Source of the DNA: Pseudovirgaria hyperparasitica | Lineage: Eukaryota | Strand: one strand, 5' to 3' | Assembly: GCA_010093815.1 (NCBI GenBank) | Contig: ML996578.1 | DNA: 64,000 nucleotides | Shown: positions 52,576 to 64,000 of the stretch, one piece after another | Numbering within the stretch: position 1 is the first letter of the stretch | How the letters are laid out: each line of letters begins with the position of its first letter | Notes under the pieces: generated by a model | Seen by the model: only the letters and a program-made list of their open reading frames with translations | The model's database searches: none | Told to the model about the DNA's origin: nothing | Position numbers and translations under genes: made by a program

Positions 52576-54106
52576 TCAGCTGGAGCAGATGTCTGGGTAC
52601 GCTCTGTCCCATATGGGGTTGGGAACAATGCCTTTCTCGATGCTTTCGTATAAACTCCAGGGACCAGCTGCTCCCAAATCCGCCTTGAAGTTCCACAGGA
52701 AATATCCATCTGAGGCAGTATGCCAGGTATCAAGTTGTGCTTCAACAAATTTGCGTGCTTCCTTCACAAGTGCGGTAGACCAATCTGATACCGGGGCGCT
52801 CTGGCATTGGCAGCCAACAGCAGTACACGTAGTACCAGGCGTTGTCGAGTTGTCTGGCCAGACGCAGATATCGGTAGCAACGGACCACTCACCAACATAG
52901 ATGGGAAAGTTGGCCTTCTTCGCAGCTTGTAACTTCTCGCGCCATCTGCAAGCTTTCTCTATGTGCTGTTGCTGGATGAGATTTTTGTCCTCTGGGACAA
53001 AGACCTGATAGAGATGCGTGTCCAGTCCGAAAAGAGCATTCTTGGCCTCGGTGGCATTACCATTTAGACTCCTGTGTGGTTCAAGCCATTCTTGTACATC
53101 CCTAAAGGCATCGTGCATCACGAGTTTGAGATTTGGATTTTCGATCACACGGGAAGCAAGGAGATCTTGCGTGATATTTTTGGCCCATGATCTCGTTTTC
53201 TCAAAGTCATTTGCTCCCCACGAGATAGGCTCGTTGATCAACTGGATCCCCATAACGACATTTTGGTATCGCTGTTGTCCATACTTTCTGGCCATGGTGT
53301 GTAGAATAGCACTTGTTCGTTCCAAGTTTACAGGGCGCTGCCAGTCCACAACACCTATGCATCCGGAATTGTCAAATGCATTTTGGCTATCAGAGGACAT
53401 CAGTGACATTCGAAACGCACATCAAGACGCACATAAACTCACCTCCCAGGTGCACCATGCAGATCAATCAGTACTTTCATGTTCGCGTCGGCTGCCCAAT
53501 CAAGGGCGCGCTCGAGCCATGCATCTGCGCCTGATTTGTAAGGACTATCGAAAGTGTCATAGGCCCAATATCCAATAGGTATGCGGAGTCTGAGGGCTTG
53601 TCAGCATATATTCCGCCAAAATTCGTAGCATCCTAGCTCACGCGTTGAACCCATATGACGCAAGCTTCTCAACATCCTGCTGTGTGAACCAGCTTGCCCA
53701 GTGTTTCTCTAATCTCGCAAGAGAGTTCGGTAACTGGTCAAAGGAGCATTGATCCTCTAGTAGATGTGAGATCAAATCTGGGGCGTACTCTCAACAGAGA
53801 CTTACTAGCACCAGTTCCTTCGAAAATGCTAGGAACTAGCCATTTCTCAAGCACAAGCCAGGCCCCAATGTTGACACCCCGAAGCACACCATCGTGAGGG
53901 GCGCTTTGGGCTCGAGCTTGTGATACTGCCTTGGGTCGCGCGTGAGACGGGCACACGTGCTGACTCGAAGTTGAGCTTGCCTTGATTGAACTTGATAATG
54001 TGCGGTCTCCATCTGTCCCTGAGACTGTCGGCAAGCACTGCACTACCCGGAAAGCCACACTTGCGAGCAGTATGTGATTTACTAGCATAACGAGCAGCTG
54101 CTTCAT
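52576..54106 (-). CDS. Secreted glycoside hydrolase family 5 exo-beta-1,3-glucanase (4 exons)
   Basis: Signal-like N-terminus; LRGVNIGAWLVLEKW; LRIPIGYWA; IDLHGAPG|SQNAFDNSG; catalytic INEP and VGEWS. There are three short GT-AG introns near 53805-53757, about 53640-53595 and about 53443-53390. Confidence 0.92.
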
Positions 54107-56684
54107 GCCGCGAGGATACTACAAAGTGAGTATATGCAGAGATTTGTTAAAGAATGAATACTGCTGATGCCTCTGTCGGATCCGGTGTTCAGAATGGAGG
54201 TCTTAGGTAGAATATAATCACGGCGTAGTAACAGCGAGACCGCTGCTGTAATGTAGAATAACGAATGGTACAGTGGGCAGTGCCACCAAAGAAACGTATG
54301 GACAATATTAGGGGATGTACAAAACGACAGACGAGTCAACAGGTTGTCGACAATGAGATACCCAGGAAGGAAAAGAATGACTCTTCGCTACAGAAGACAA
54401 GTGATGAGAAGATTGTTCAAAGACCTGGAAGGTCTGGACTCGATATGAAAACATACCTGCCTCTTCAAAGAAGGAGGCGCGATGGCTGGAACTGGGAGTA
54501 GCGATTCTATCTATTCTCCGACCTCGAGATATAACACGGTAAGGAGTGATGAGTGATGCCATCGCCAATATCAATCAATACGAGCCGAATCAAATGAGAC
54601 AGCCACATAGTATATGGTGCACGATAGCATGATAAGTGTGAGTAAGGAGACGGGCTGCGCTCATGGTTGTGGTTACATACGCTAAGCAGGGTGTTGAGCT
54701 CTTGAGGAATATCAGCCACAGGCCAATATATGGAAGTAAATGTGGCTGGTGAGCACGCGACTATTCCTCATCTGGGTAATCACTGAGACCTTAGTCTGCT
54801 GTCCATGTGCCACTAACATGTACGATGCAGATGCAGATGCAGATGCAGTGAGAAGCAGGTGGTCTCCATAGTTCTACTGCAGCTCATCACGCCTCGGCGA
54901 TCTTTGAGCTTATCGCTATGGATCACCTGGACTTGAACCTGACAGGGAAGCCCACGTGAACGTCTCGGCTGCGGATAGTGGTGGGTAGCCAGGCCGAGTA
55001 ATTAGTTGAAGACCGACCAGACCTACCTTGACAGCAGGTCGGCATGTGTAGATAGTCGATAAGCGCATGGGCCTTGGCTGCGATCAACGGGTGAATAGAA
55101 GATACAGGGCTCGTGCGAGTGTTTCTGTTATTTCACAGAACGGTGCAGTCCTTTGAAGGAAGAGGCTGAGAGAGCATATTTCGAATGAAGAACCATTAGA
55201 AAACCAAGGAGGGGATCATGAATGACCCGAGGCAAGGAACTTTCGCGTTCGGGAAGCAGAGCAAACGCGTCTACGTGGACGTGTGCAGGTCAGAAAGAAT
55301 GTCTGCTCATTCAGACATGAAGTGTGTGTATCATAGAACGTGATCTGGATGTGTACTGAAGTGTAGTAGTTCATGCAAATAAATATCATGTCATGTTTCT
55401 GCGGGTGGTGGCTGATTGGGGACAAAATGAAATGGATGGGACGGCCTGGAGGAGGTGCCTGCCTGGAGCAGGTGCCTGCCTAGGTGGGTAGTTGGTTGGG
55501 AGCAAATACCACTAGGCCAGAAAAGGGATAGTGCCATCTACCCAGCCGGCAGCCTCCAGCTGTTCTCTCATAAGACCCCTTCGCCCTCCTCACATGACAC
55601 ACTGGTCAACTCCAATTCTCTGTCACCTGATTCCGCCATCACGTTGTCTCGCGCTGCAACCCGTCCGCAACTTCAGGCACACGCTTTGAATTGAAATAGC
55701 AATTATCTGCCGTCTTTCCGTTTACCGTCTTTCTTACTCTCTGCTCTGCGCTTTCGGCGATACACTTCTCATCTGTCTCCGGCGTGACCACGCTCCCGAC
55801 CGAACCGTTCATCAGGTGACGAGCCTCGCGGAACACCCAATCCTATTTCAGAGGTACGTTTGCCCAACTTCTTTTTACATGAGCACCTCGACCCTTCATA
55901 ACGAGCTTCGCGACGAGTTCTGTGATTGCCCTATCCCTCGGACAGACCTGTCAAGACCCATAGTATCATGTTCACCTCGCCGCTACGTCGCGTCACCTAC
56001 GATTGCGGTCGCGAATGACAGCTTCGTCTACGGCTCGTGTCAATGCTTCCAGTTGATCGCACTGGCGCTATGTTGCCGCATCTTCGTCGCGCAATAGGAC
56101 ATTCGAGTAACGAATGACAAGACGACGCTCTTGTACATCCTACGGCCCACTATCCAATATGCTGCGACAGCCTCCCGAACGTCAACGGCCTGGTCTCACA
56201 GCCGTGAAGCAATCATCTACCCCGGCTCTAGACCCGCTCTTCTTTGGGGCCGAGCATGCGTGCCATCTCGCGTATATCGTATATACTAACCGTTGCTTGA
56301 TGGATAGATATAGCTTCGACCTACCTCGACTTCCCACAATCGTCGTATCATTACCGAGCTACAACGTAGCCAACTGAGAGCACGGCAAACCTCTTTCACT
56401 CTTGGGCCATCTCCTCAACAGCCGACCGGTACTCTACATCGCCGAAGTTTGCGACTTTTATCCGCACTTGTGCTGCCATCGCTGCCACTTGTAGACCCAC
56501 CCTTCCGGCGCTGTCACTGGCATTGCGCCGCATTGGCTACAGGCGTCGTCACATAACACCTTGTTCGACCGAGTCCCTTCAAGGAGGATCTGATATCGCG
56601 TCTAAACCACTATCAACTGTTAGAGCTGTAAAGGATAGACCTTGAAAACTCTTCCGGCCAACTTGAAAATACCTTACATACATC

Positions 56685-57625
56685 ATGACAGACTCGACAA
56701 CATATGCAGAGGTTGAGAACAAGACAGATGTGTCACTATCTGAAGCGCTTAGCAACAAGCGCAAACGTGGCTCCCTCGACCAAAACTCAAAACGGCCGGC
56801 ACCCAGTCAACGTGCGAATTCTAACGCTGTTGATCTCAGTGATCAAGCAACTGCCAATTTCCTTGCAGCACACAACGCCGGTGGCAACGACAACTCTCTA
56901 GACTTTAGCTCTCTTGGTCAAAATGGGGGAAATGTGTCCAATAGCTCCGATACCGCAGCTGCGGCACTTCACTATTCCATGACCGTACCCCAGGCTACTG
57001 AGCTCTCTTTCCAAAGCCACACGTCTGGTATAGATGGTACTCAACCCTTCAGTGCGTCGTTCCAAATGGAAGACAACGAAGCTCATAGTTTCACAGACTT
57101 CAGCGGTCTTGATTCTCTGAAGACTGGAGGACAATCAGGAAACACCGCTTCGAACGAGTCCCCAACAAGTGCCTCAAAGCCTGCAGTAGGGACAGACGAG
57201 TGGCATAAGTTAAGAAGGGACAACCACAAAGAGGGTATGTCTCGAGACTTCAGAGCATGTTGCGTACCACTAACCGCTTCGCAGTTGAACGTCGTCGTCG
57301 AGAGACTATCAATGAAGGAATCAATGAACTTGCTAAAATTGTGCCTGGCTGTGAGAAGAACAAGGGCTCCATTCTTCAGCGCGCAGTACAGTTTATAACC
57401 CAGTTGAAAGACAACGAATCATCAAACATTGAGAAGTGGACACTCGAAAAGCTTCTGACCGAACAGGCCATTACCGAGCTTAGTGCCAGTGTCGACAAAT
57501 TCAAGGCCGAGATGTCAAGGGCTTGGGAAGAGTGTGATATCTGGAAGCGTGCTTGTAATAATGCTGGCATCGTCCCAGATGAGTACAAAGACCAGGACAA
57601 CAATGTCCAAAATGGCGACAGCTGA
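56685..57625 (+). CDS. cbf1: bHLH-zipper transcription factor, Cbf1 (centromere/promoter factor) orthologue-like
   Basis: PAVGTDEWHKLRRDNHKEVERRRRETINEGINELAKIVPGCEKNKGSILQRAVQFI...NIEKWTLEKLLTEQAI, with an intron at 57235-57284. Confidence 0.92.
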
Positions 57626-58520
57626 ACGGGCTACGAGAAATGATCTAGAGAGTGCTGCATCCCAAAAAAAACATGCACGCCCCAGATTCCAAACATTCTA
57701 TGACGATGAACGCTTTAGACTACGATATACGGCAGCAATGGATTACGATCATGTTTACAAAACTGTAGGCTTCATGCGACGCGTACATTCTCTCAATATC
57801 AGGTCTCTTGGTCCTACGGCGGCAAATCATGATTCACATTTCAGTTGCCACACGAATGTTATACGTGCTATTCAATAGTCAACATACGCCTGGACATTCG
57901 TCTGAATTGTGTATTATGCCGCTAGCTAAATACATTCCGGTGTGGGAAGGACAAGGTGTTGTGCGAAAGTGTTGCGCGTGAAGATACCTCCGGCTTTCAT
58001 TGCACATATCAGCATAACAGTCTACATACTTTACTTATCTTGGGAGCATTATGTTTGCTAGTGGGAGTAGGTTTCTCAAATGGTAAACTGTATTGCAGCT
58101 GCAGCTATACGGAAAACTTGGACATGTTTGAAATGCTTCGTTTCGATGAATGACTAATATATAAAAGGCTACCCAAAGGCTCGATAGAAGCAGCCAATGG
58201 CGTTCCCGGTACCAGCCTGGACATCTGATCTATGAGAACGTCACGTGCATGCAATGCTTTGACCGAGGCAATTCAATAACCGGGGGTTATGAGAGTTCAT
58301 GTCTATCATCAGACATTGGACTGTGACGCTTTTATCTTATGTGCCCCTCTTTAAATTCTCTTGCAGACCATACCAGTCTTGTTGTGATTCTTAAGGTTTG
58401 TTCAAGCCTCCGTATATTGAAACTTAAGATCAACTCGTGTTGTTCAACTATTTACGCTACCTGCCTCCCAACCCTTGTCAAAACGTCATTCCCAGTCCTC
58501 TCCGTGTATCTATACAACCC

Positions 58521-59680
58521 ATGGCTCAATCAACAAAGGCTGTAGCAGAGAAGCTTGACGACTCTACCAAGGGCCTTGCATCAAGCACTGCTGCGCAGCA
58601 AAGTGACAATGTTGCTCACGCGCTTGCCGGAGCTGGAGGAGGCTTGGTTTCCATGGCTTTGACGTATGCGCCCAGACGAGTACATCGTCTTGTTATCCTT
58701 GCTAACACCGACGTATATATAGATACCCTCTCATCACTCTTTCAACTCGCGCTCAAGTCGAATCCAAACGAGCGCATTCGTCTACTCTCGATGCAGTCCG
58801 GCGCATCATTCAGCGTGAGGGCATCTCGGGTTTATACGCCGGCCTTGATTCTGCACTTTTCGGTATCAGTGTGACCAACTTTGTCTACTACTATTGTTCG
58901 TAGAAATTTACGCTCCTGTCAGAGGACGCACTCACAATATATAGGGTATGAATGGACTCGTTCAGCATTCGAGAAGGCTGCGGTCAAGGCCGGCCGAGCA
59001 TCTAAGAAGCTCACCACAGTAGAGTCAATGATTGCTGGCGCCATTGCTGGCAGTGCCACCGTACTCCTCACAAACCCCATCTGGGTTGTGAACACGAGGA
59101 TGACTTCACGAAAGTCTGAATCTAACGAACAGGTTCTGCCTGGGTCAAAGCCTGTCAGAGCACCGTCTACTATCGGCACATTGATGTCTATCATCCGTAA
59201 CGAGGGCCCTACACGTTTGTTCGCAGGTGTGATGCCCGCTCTCGTGCTGGTCATCAACCCTATCCTGCAGTACACTCTTTACGAACAACTGAAGAACATC
59301 GTAGAGGCAAGAAAGGGTAGGGTTACCCCTAAAGACTCATTCTATCTGGGAGCGCTTGGAAAACTGCTTGCAACCAGTATTACCTACCCATATATTACCA
59401 TCAAGAGCAGGGCACATGTTGCAGGCAAGGATGGTCCTAAGGTTGGCATGCTAGACAGCCTACGCAACATTATTCAGAACGAGGGTTATTCTGGACTTTA
59501 CGGAGGTAAAAGAACTCTAGTACCAATGAATGAGAATGCCCAAAGCTAACGAACCATTCTACAGGCATTGGTCCCAAGGTCACCCAAAGTGTTATCACTG
59601 CAGCATTCTTGTTCGCCTTCAAAGATGCTCTTTACGAGATGACGGTGAAGGCGAGAAGGTCTCTTGTCAAGAAGGCCTAA
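58521..59680 (+). CDS. pmp47: Peroxisomal carrier of the mitochondrial carrier family (PMP47-like), 4 exons
   Basis: HALAGAGGGLVSMALTYPLITLSTRAQ, TNPIWVVNTRM and TYPYITIKSR carrier repeats. Introns at about 58664-58722, 58896-58944 and 59506-59563. Confidence 0.88.
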
Positions 59681-60037
59681 TTTCAAAATGATACCCTAGG
59701 ACGTACCGAGACTTTGATACAACATGGTTGGAGATTGGAGATAGTGTATCGCACGACAACTGCTGATGTACAGACGAAAGCCGACGCAAAGGACAGCATG
59801 TAAACGATGTAGTTAGATTTAGTCAACAGTTTATAGGCGATGCGGCATCTGGCGCGTAAATGCTGTTGCTGTAATTATCCCGGTGGGGCTCGACAAACCC
59901 CGCATGTAACAACACGATCCTTCCACTGCGAATCGATGATAATTGACAAGCACACAAGTTTGACCATCTCCTTACACTGAAGAGCTCACAAACATCAGCG
60001 CAACATCTTTGCTAAAGTTGACCAACGATCTCTGAGC

Positions 60038-61359
60038 ATGTCCGGTACAGTCCACACTGTTCGGTGGGGTATTCTAGGTGCGTTTGTCAAGTCACTACGC
60101 TTACAGTCCTGCGGTCATATTGATGTTGTTTAGCTACTGGAGGAATTGCCAGGAGTAAGTCCCACTACCAAGAGGCACAGCGCCTATTCGAACAGGAGAC
60201 GTTCATACGCGTGGTACAGCTTTCACCAAGGATCTTGTCATCGACCCGCAAACACGAGATGTGACCGACATCAAACATCAAGTCGTAGCCGCCGCCTCAT
60301 CGAATTCAAGCGAGCGCGCGGAAAAATTTCTGCAAGAATGCGGCGTAAGCGGCGGCAAGGCGTACGGCAGCTACAAAGAGCTTGTGGCAGACGCCAATAT
60401 TGACGTTGTGTATGTTGCCACGCCACACTCACATCACTACCAACACGCCAGGCTTTGTCTTGAGGCTGGTAAGAATGTGCTATGTGAGAAGGCGTTTACG
60501 ACGAACGCGGCACAGGCAAAGATCCTTGCACAGCTTGCGAAGAAGAAGGGTCTCTTCCTCATGGAAGCGGTATGGACTCGATATTTCCCGGCGTCTAGAG
60601 AGATTCGAGAAATCGTCAAGAGCGGTAAGCTTGGGACCGTGTATCGGGTGTTTGCAGATGTCAGCTTTGGGCAAGATGTCGAGAAAGACTTTCCTCCAGA
60701 GAACAGGATGGTCAACATGGACCTTGCCGGTGGTGTTCTACTTGACTGTAAGAAGTGGGACCTCCCATAAGCACGTCGTGCTGACTTGGGATACAGTGGG
60801 CATCTATTCTTTGACATGGGTTTTTCAAATTCTCTACCACTGTCTGGATCCTTCCATCCGCAAGCCACCAACAGTAGTATCAGTCATGACGAAGTATCCT
60901 ATCACTGGAGCAGACGAGTCGACTTCAATGGTACTCAATTTCCCGCCGCATAACGCGCATGGTATCGCGACCACCAGCATTCGTGTAGACAAAGACCCAG
61001 ACGGTAAAAGTACAGCTGGTTCGCCCATACGTATTCAAGGAACGAAAGGAGAGATCCAGATACTTGAGACTGGGGGCAATGGCTTCAGGCCTAGCACCTA
61101 TCGTATCATTCCCAAGGATCCGAATGATGCGTCTCTACAGGGTAAAGACGTTGAGCACAAGACACCACCGGGACATGGCATGTTCTGGGAGGCAGATGAA
61201 GTCGCAAGATGTCTGCGGGACGGAAAGCAAGAAAGTGAAGGCCTGCCATTAGCGGAGAGTATTGTTATTATGGAGTCAATGGACGAAGTGAGAAAGCAGA
61301 ATGGTCTCGTATACCCAGAGCAAATCGAGAGTACTGACTATCCACTTGCTGGTTTCTGA
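60038..61359 (+). CDS. Gfo/Idh/MocA oxidoreductase (dihydrodiol/D-xylose dehydrogenase-like), 4 exons
   Basis: VRWGILATGGIA; DVVYVATPHSHHY; NVLCEKAFTTNA; FLMEAVWTRYFP; AGGVLLDLGIY; GMFWEADEVARC. Confidence 0.92.
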
Positions 61360-62309
61360 TATGCCGGAGATCGACTTGGATCAGGCTCCTAAGACCACTG
61401 GATCTCAGGCGTATGACTCTGGCTTACTAGTCATGTATGTAATAGAGTAGATTACCTTTCGATCGGCAAGACCTACAAGGGATGAATAAGTGAGTTCTTC
61501 TGTTTGGAGCCTATCATCATGGGCTTTTCAGAACAGACATCACGCGCCCGTGGATAATGGTTCAAGCTATCGACATGATGATACCATCTATGTGCAAGCG
61601 AAGGGATGGCGTCTTCTCCTTTCTTTCTATGGCGTCTTGACCCTTGTGAGTCTATTTCGAGCGACTACGGTCTTTGACAGGGCCCTTAAGGCCAATGAAA
61701 AGACCCAGTGCAAACATGGTCAGATAGGGGTCTATGAAGAGGTATGGTTCCCGCTTGAGAGAATTGTGGTTCAACCGCGCAAAGGGCTGGACTGTGGCTG
61801 TTGATTGGACGGACGAGGCTTTTGTAATAAGCGCCGTAGGCCTAAGAATAGATGACCCGTGCGAATGCAGATGTTAAGTTTGGGATTCAGTGGGTGTCAG
61901 GGCCTGGGGCACTATACCTGAAACAGAAAGAGCCTTGACACCCCTTGTCTCAGTCTCCGTTAATACCTCTATCTTTGGTGAGATTCGTGCACAAATTAAC
62001 TCCCCAAACACACCCTCTCTGCGACATAACAATACTATCTCGCCGCTACTACGCAAGTCGACAACTCACGCCCATACGATCGTTACTTAACAACCTTGCT
62101 GGGCCTTGCGCGTTACTGTGCGCACGCACCCACTCATACCGTGTCGTCGCGGTTCCCAGCCAGTCGAATTGACTCGTAAGTCAAGTCAGAGTGAATCGGG
62201 TGGCCTGATCTCGAATTACCAGCCGTTCGACTACTCGCGCATATGCGACAATGAGCTATTGACGTCCAGTAGAGGTCGTGGACGACTAAGACTCAGCTCG
62301 AGCAGCAAG

Positions 62310-64000
62310 ATGGACTATGCGCAAGCGGGAACAGGACCTCAGGATCAGCATTTACATCTGTCGCAGCACGCACCACAATACAACACTCGATCGCCAAATC
62401 ATCGTGGATACACGCAATTTCGACAGCCTTCTGCGCCAGCAATGAATGGAGCTATGGATGCTTCAGTAAGCAGCCAGACGCAGATGAATATCCACGCCTC
62501 GCCCTCACACATTGTTTCGGACAATTCCTCGATCGGCAACCCACACATGGCGCACACCTTCTATGGCGACATTGCGCGCAGTTCACTTACCCCATCTACA
62601 CCCTCCAACGCAGCCTCTCCCCGCTTCTCGGGCCATTCTCCGGGCCAGCAGAAACAATATATGGCGAATTATACGCCCTCCGACCGCTCCCTTCCATCCC
62701 GTAACATATCTGACGACACAATTGACGACGCCTACGCCGCATTCATACTATACTGTAATCCAAGCTTCCCGACCACAACAGATGTAACAGAATTAAAGAG
62801 GTTATTTCGGCTACCACCGAAGAGCGACAGTAAAACTTTCAGCACATACACCCTTTTTGAGCTCATACGGAAATTTCCTAAGGAAATCAAAACATGGGCG
62901 CAGTTAGCATTAGATCTGGGGGTCGAGCCACCCGATTTGGAGAAAGGACAGAGTACACAGAAGGTGCAACAGTACTCTGTTAGGTTAAAGGTATGTCTGA
63001 TAGAATTCCCTTTACACTCATACCCATATCCATGCGCTGCCTGATCACTGGCCTATCTTTGAACACCCGAAAAGAGCAAGGAAACTGAAGACCACCCCCG
63101 AGAAGCGTCACCCCATTGGAGCTTCTACAAGCTAAGTATATCTCTCAACTGTCTCCTTACATTCCCTGTTCGCTGAAGGACCAGATACCTTCAGTCCATA
63201 ATGGAAACTGGACATGTATTTGGCGGCTAAATCCGCCCAAGTTGGTTCTTTAGGGGGTTGTTTGGGTCAGAAGTCGAAAAATAGGGTCGTCTTTAGATTG
63301 GTCCCGTCAATTATAATTCTATGTCTCCACTTCCATTTTCTTCACCTGTCGACTTTTTCTACTCCATTTGCCATGGCTCTTGTTTGCTCAGCCAGCACGC
63401 AGCTGTTCAAAGCTGAGGCAGTTCGGCGTGATACAGTGATCAGAAGCAACGCACGTTGATAGTGATACCTCATGTTCTTGTTCGACTGCGAATGCGCTAG
63501 TCACGCTCAGTACCCATGGTTGTGTCATTTACTGACTTTCAGTAGCGTTGGATGCGAGCGATGCATATTGATGCCTTCTTTGAATATCTTGTGGGTAATC
63601 AGCACAGCTATTTCACATGGGTACCTACACCACACGAACCTTTTCCTGATGATGGGCGTGACGGAGTAATTTTCGATGAAGACCTTGCCATAAGAGCATT
63701 GGACCCAAAACTCAAACCAAAGAGGGGACGGCGGAAAAATGACGAAGGTGATGATGAAAATGAGGAACTACAGAGGGCACCGAAACGTCCGCAGTTAGAT
63801 ACCTCATTCTCGGCATCTAGCAATCACGCGCCTCCTCAATCTGCATATCCAAATAGCGCTCATCCGGATGACATGGATCGCTTCGTCCAGCCGCACGATC
63901 CATGGACTACTATCTCAACAATCACACCTGCATCTTCCCTGAACCCCTACTCTGCCAGAACAATGACTCCATATTCAGCTGCTTCGACTCCAGCTCAGCA
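62310..64000 (+). CDS. abp2: ARS-binding protein 2 (Abp2) family protein, 3'-truncated by the window edge
   Basis: DDAYAAFILYCNP...PPKSDSKTFS...IKTWAQLALDLGVEPP...STQKVQQYSVRLK, intron 62991-63545, then RWMRAMHIDAFFEYL...KPKRGRRK (AT-hook-like). Confidence 0.88.

Overview
Filamentous-ascomycete (Pezizomycotina-type) nuclear DNA with spliceosomal introns, in three blocks. (1) About 1.6-15.1 kb: three intact Myb/SANT-type transcription-factor genes separated by long intergenic stretches, between two AT-rich flanks. (2) 18551-49736: an AT/TpA-rich block mutated by RIP (repeat-induced point mutation). It is a Ty3/Gypsy LTR retrotransposon (132-bp LTRs, 4-bp target-site duplication) whose pol gene is split by a nested 22.1-kb DNA element (22514-44621). 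That element has terminal inverted repeats and a 2-bp target-site duplication, and carries a Plavaka-type transposase, a UPF1/NAM7-like SF1 helicase with CCHC knuckles, a SNF2-family ATPase and possibly two more unknown ORFs. All are RIP-degraded, so the ORF track misses them. (3) About 52.5-64 kb: ordinary genes (GH5 exo-beta-1,3-glucanase, Cbf1-like bHLH, PMP47-like carrier, Gfo/Idh/MocA oxidoreductase, and an Abp2-like gene running off the window). The best candidate for an undescribed system is the giant cargo-carrying Plavaka element. All protein assignments come from manual translation and motif recognition; no database searches were run.
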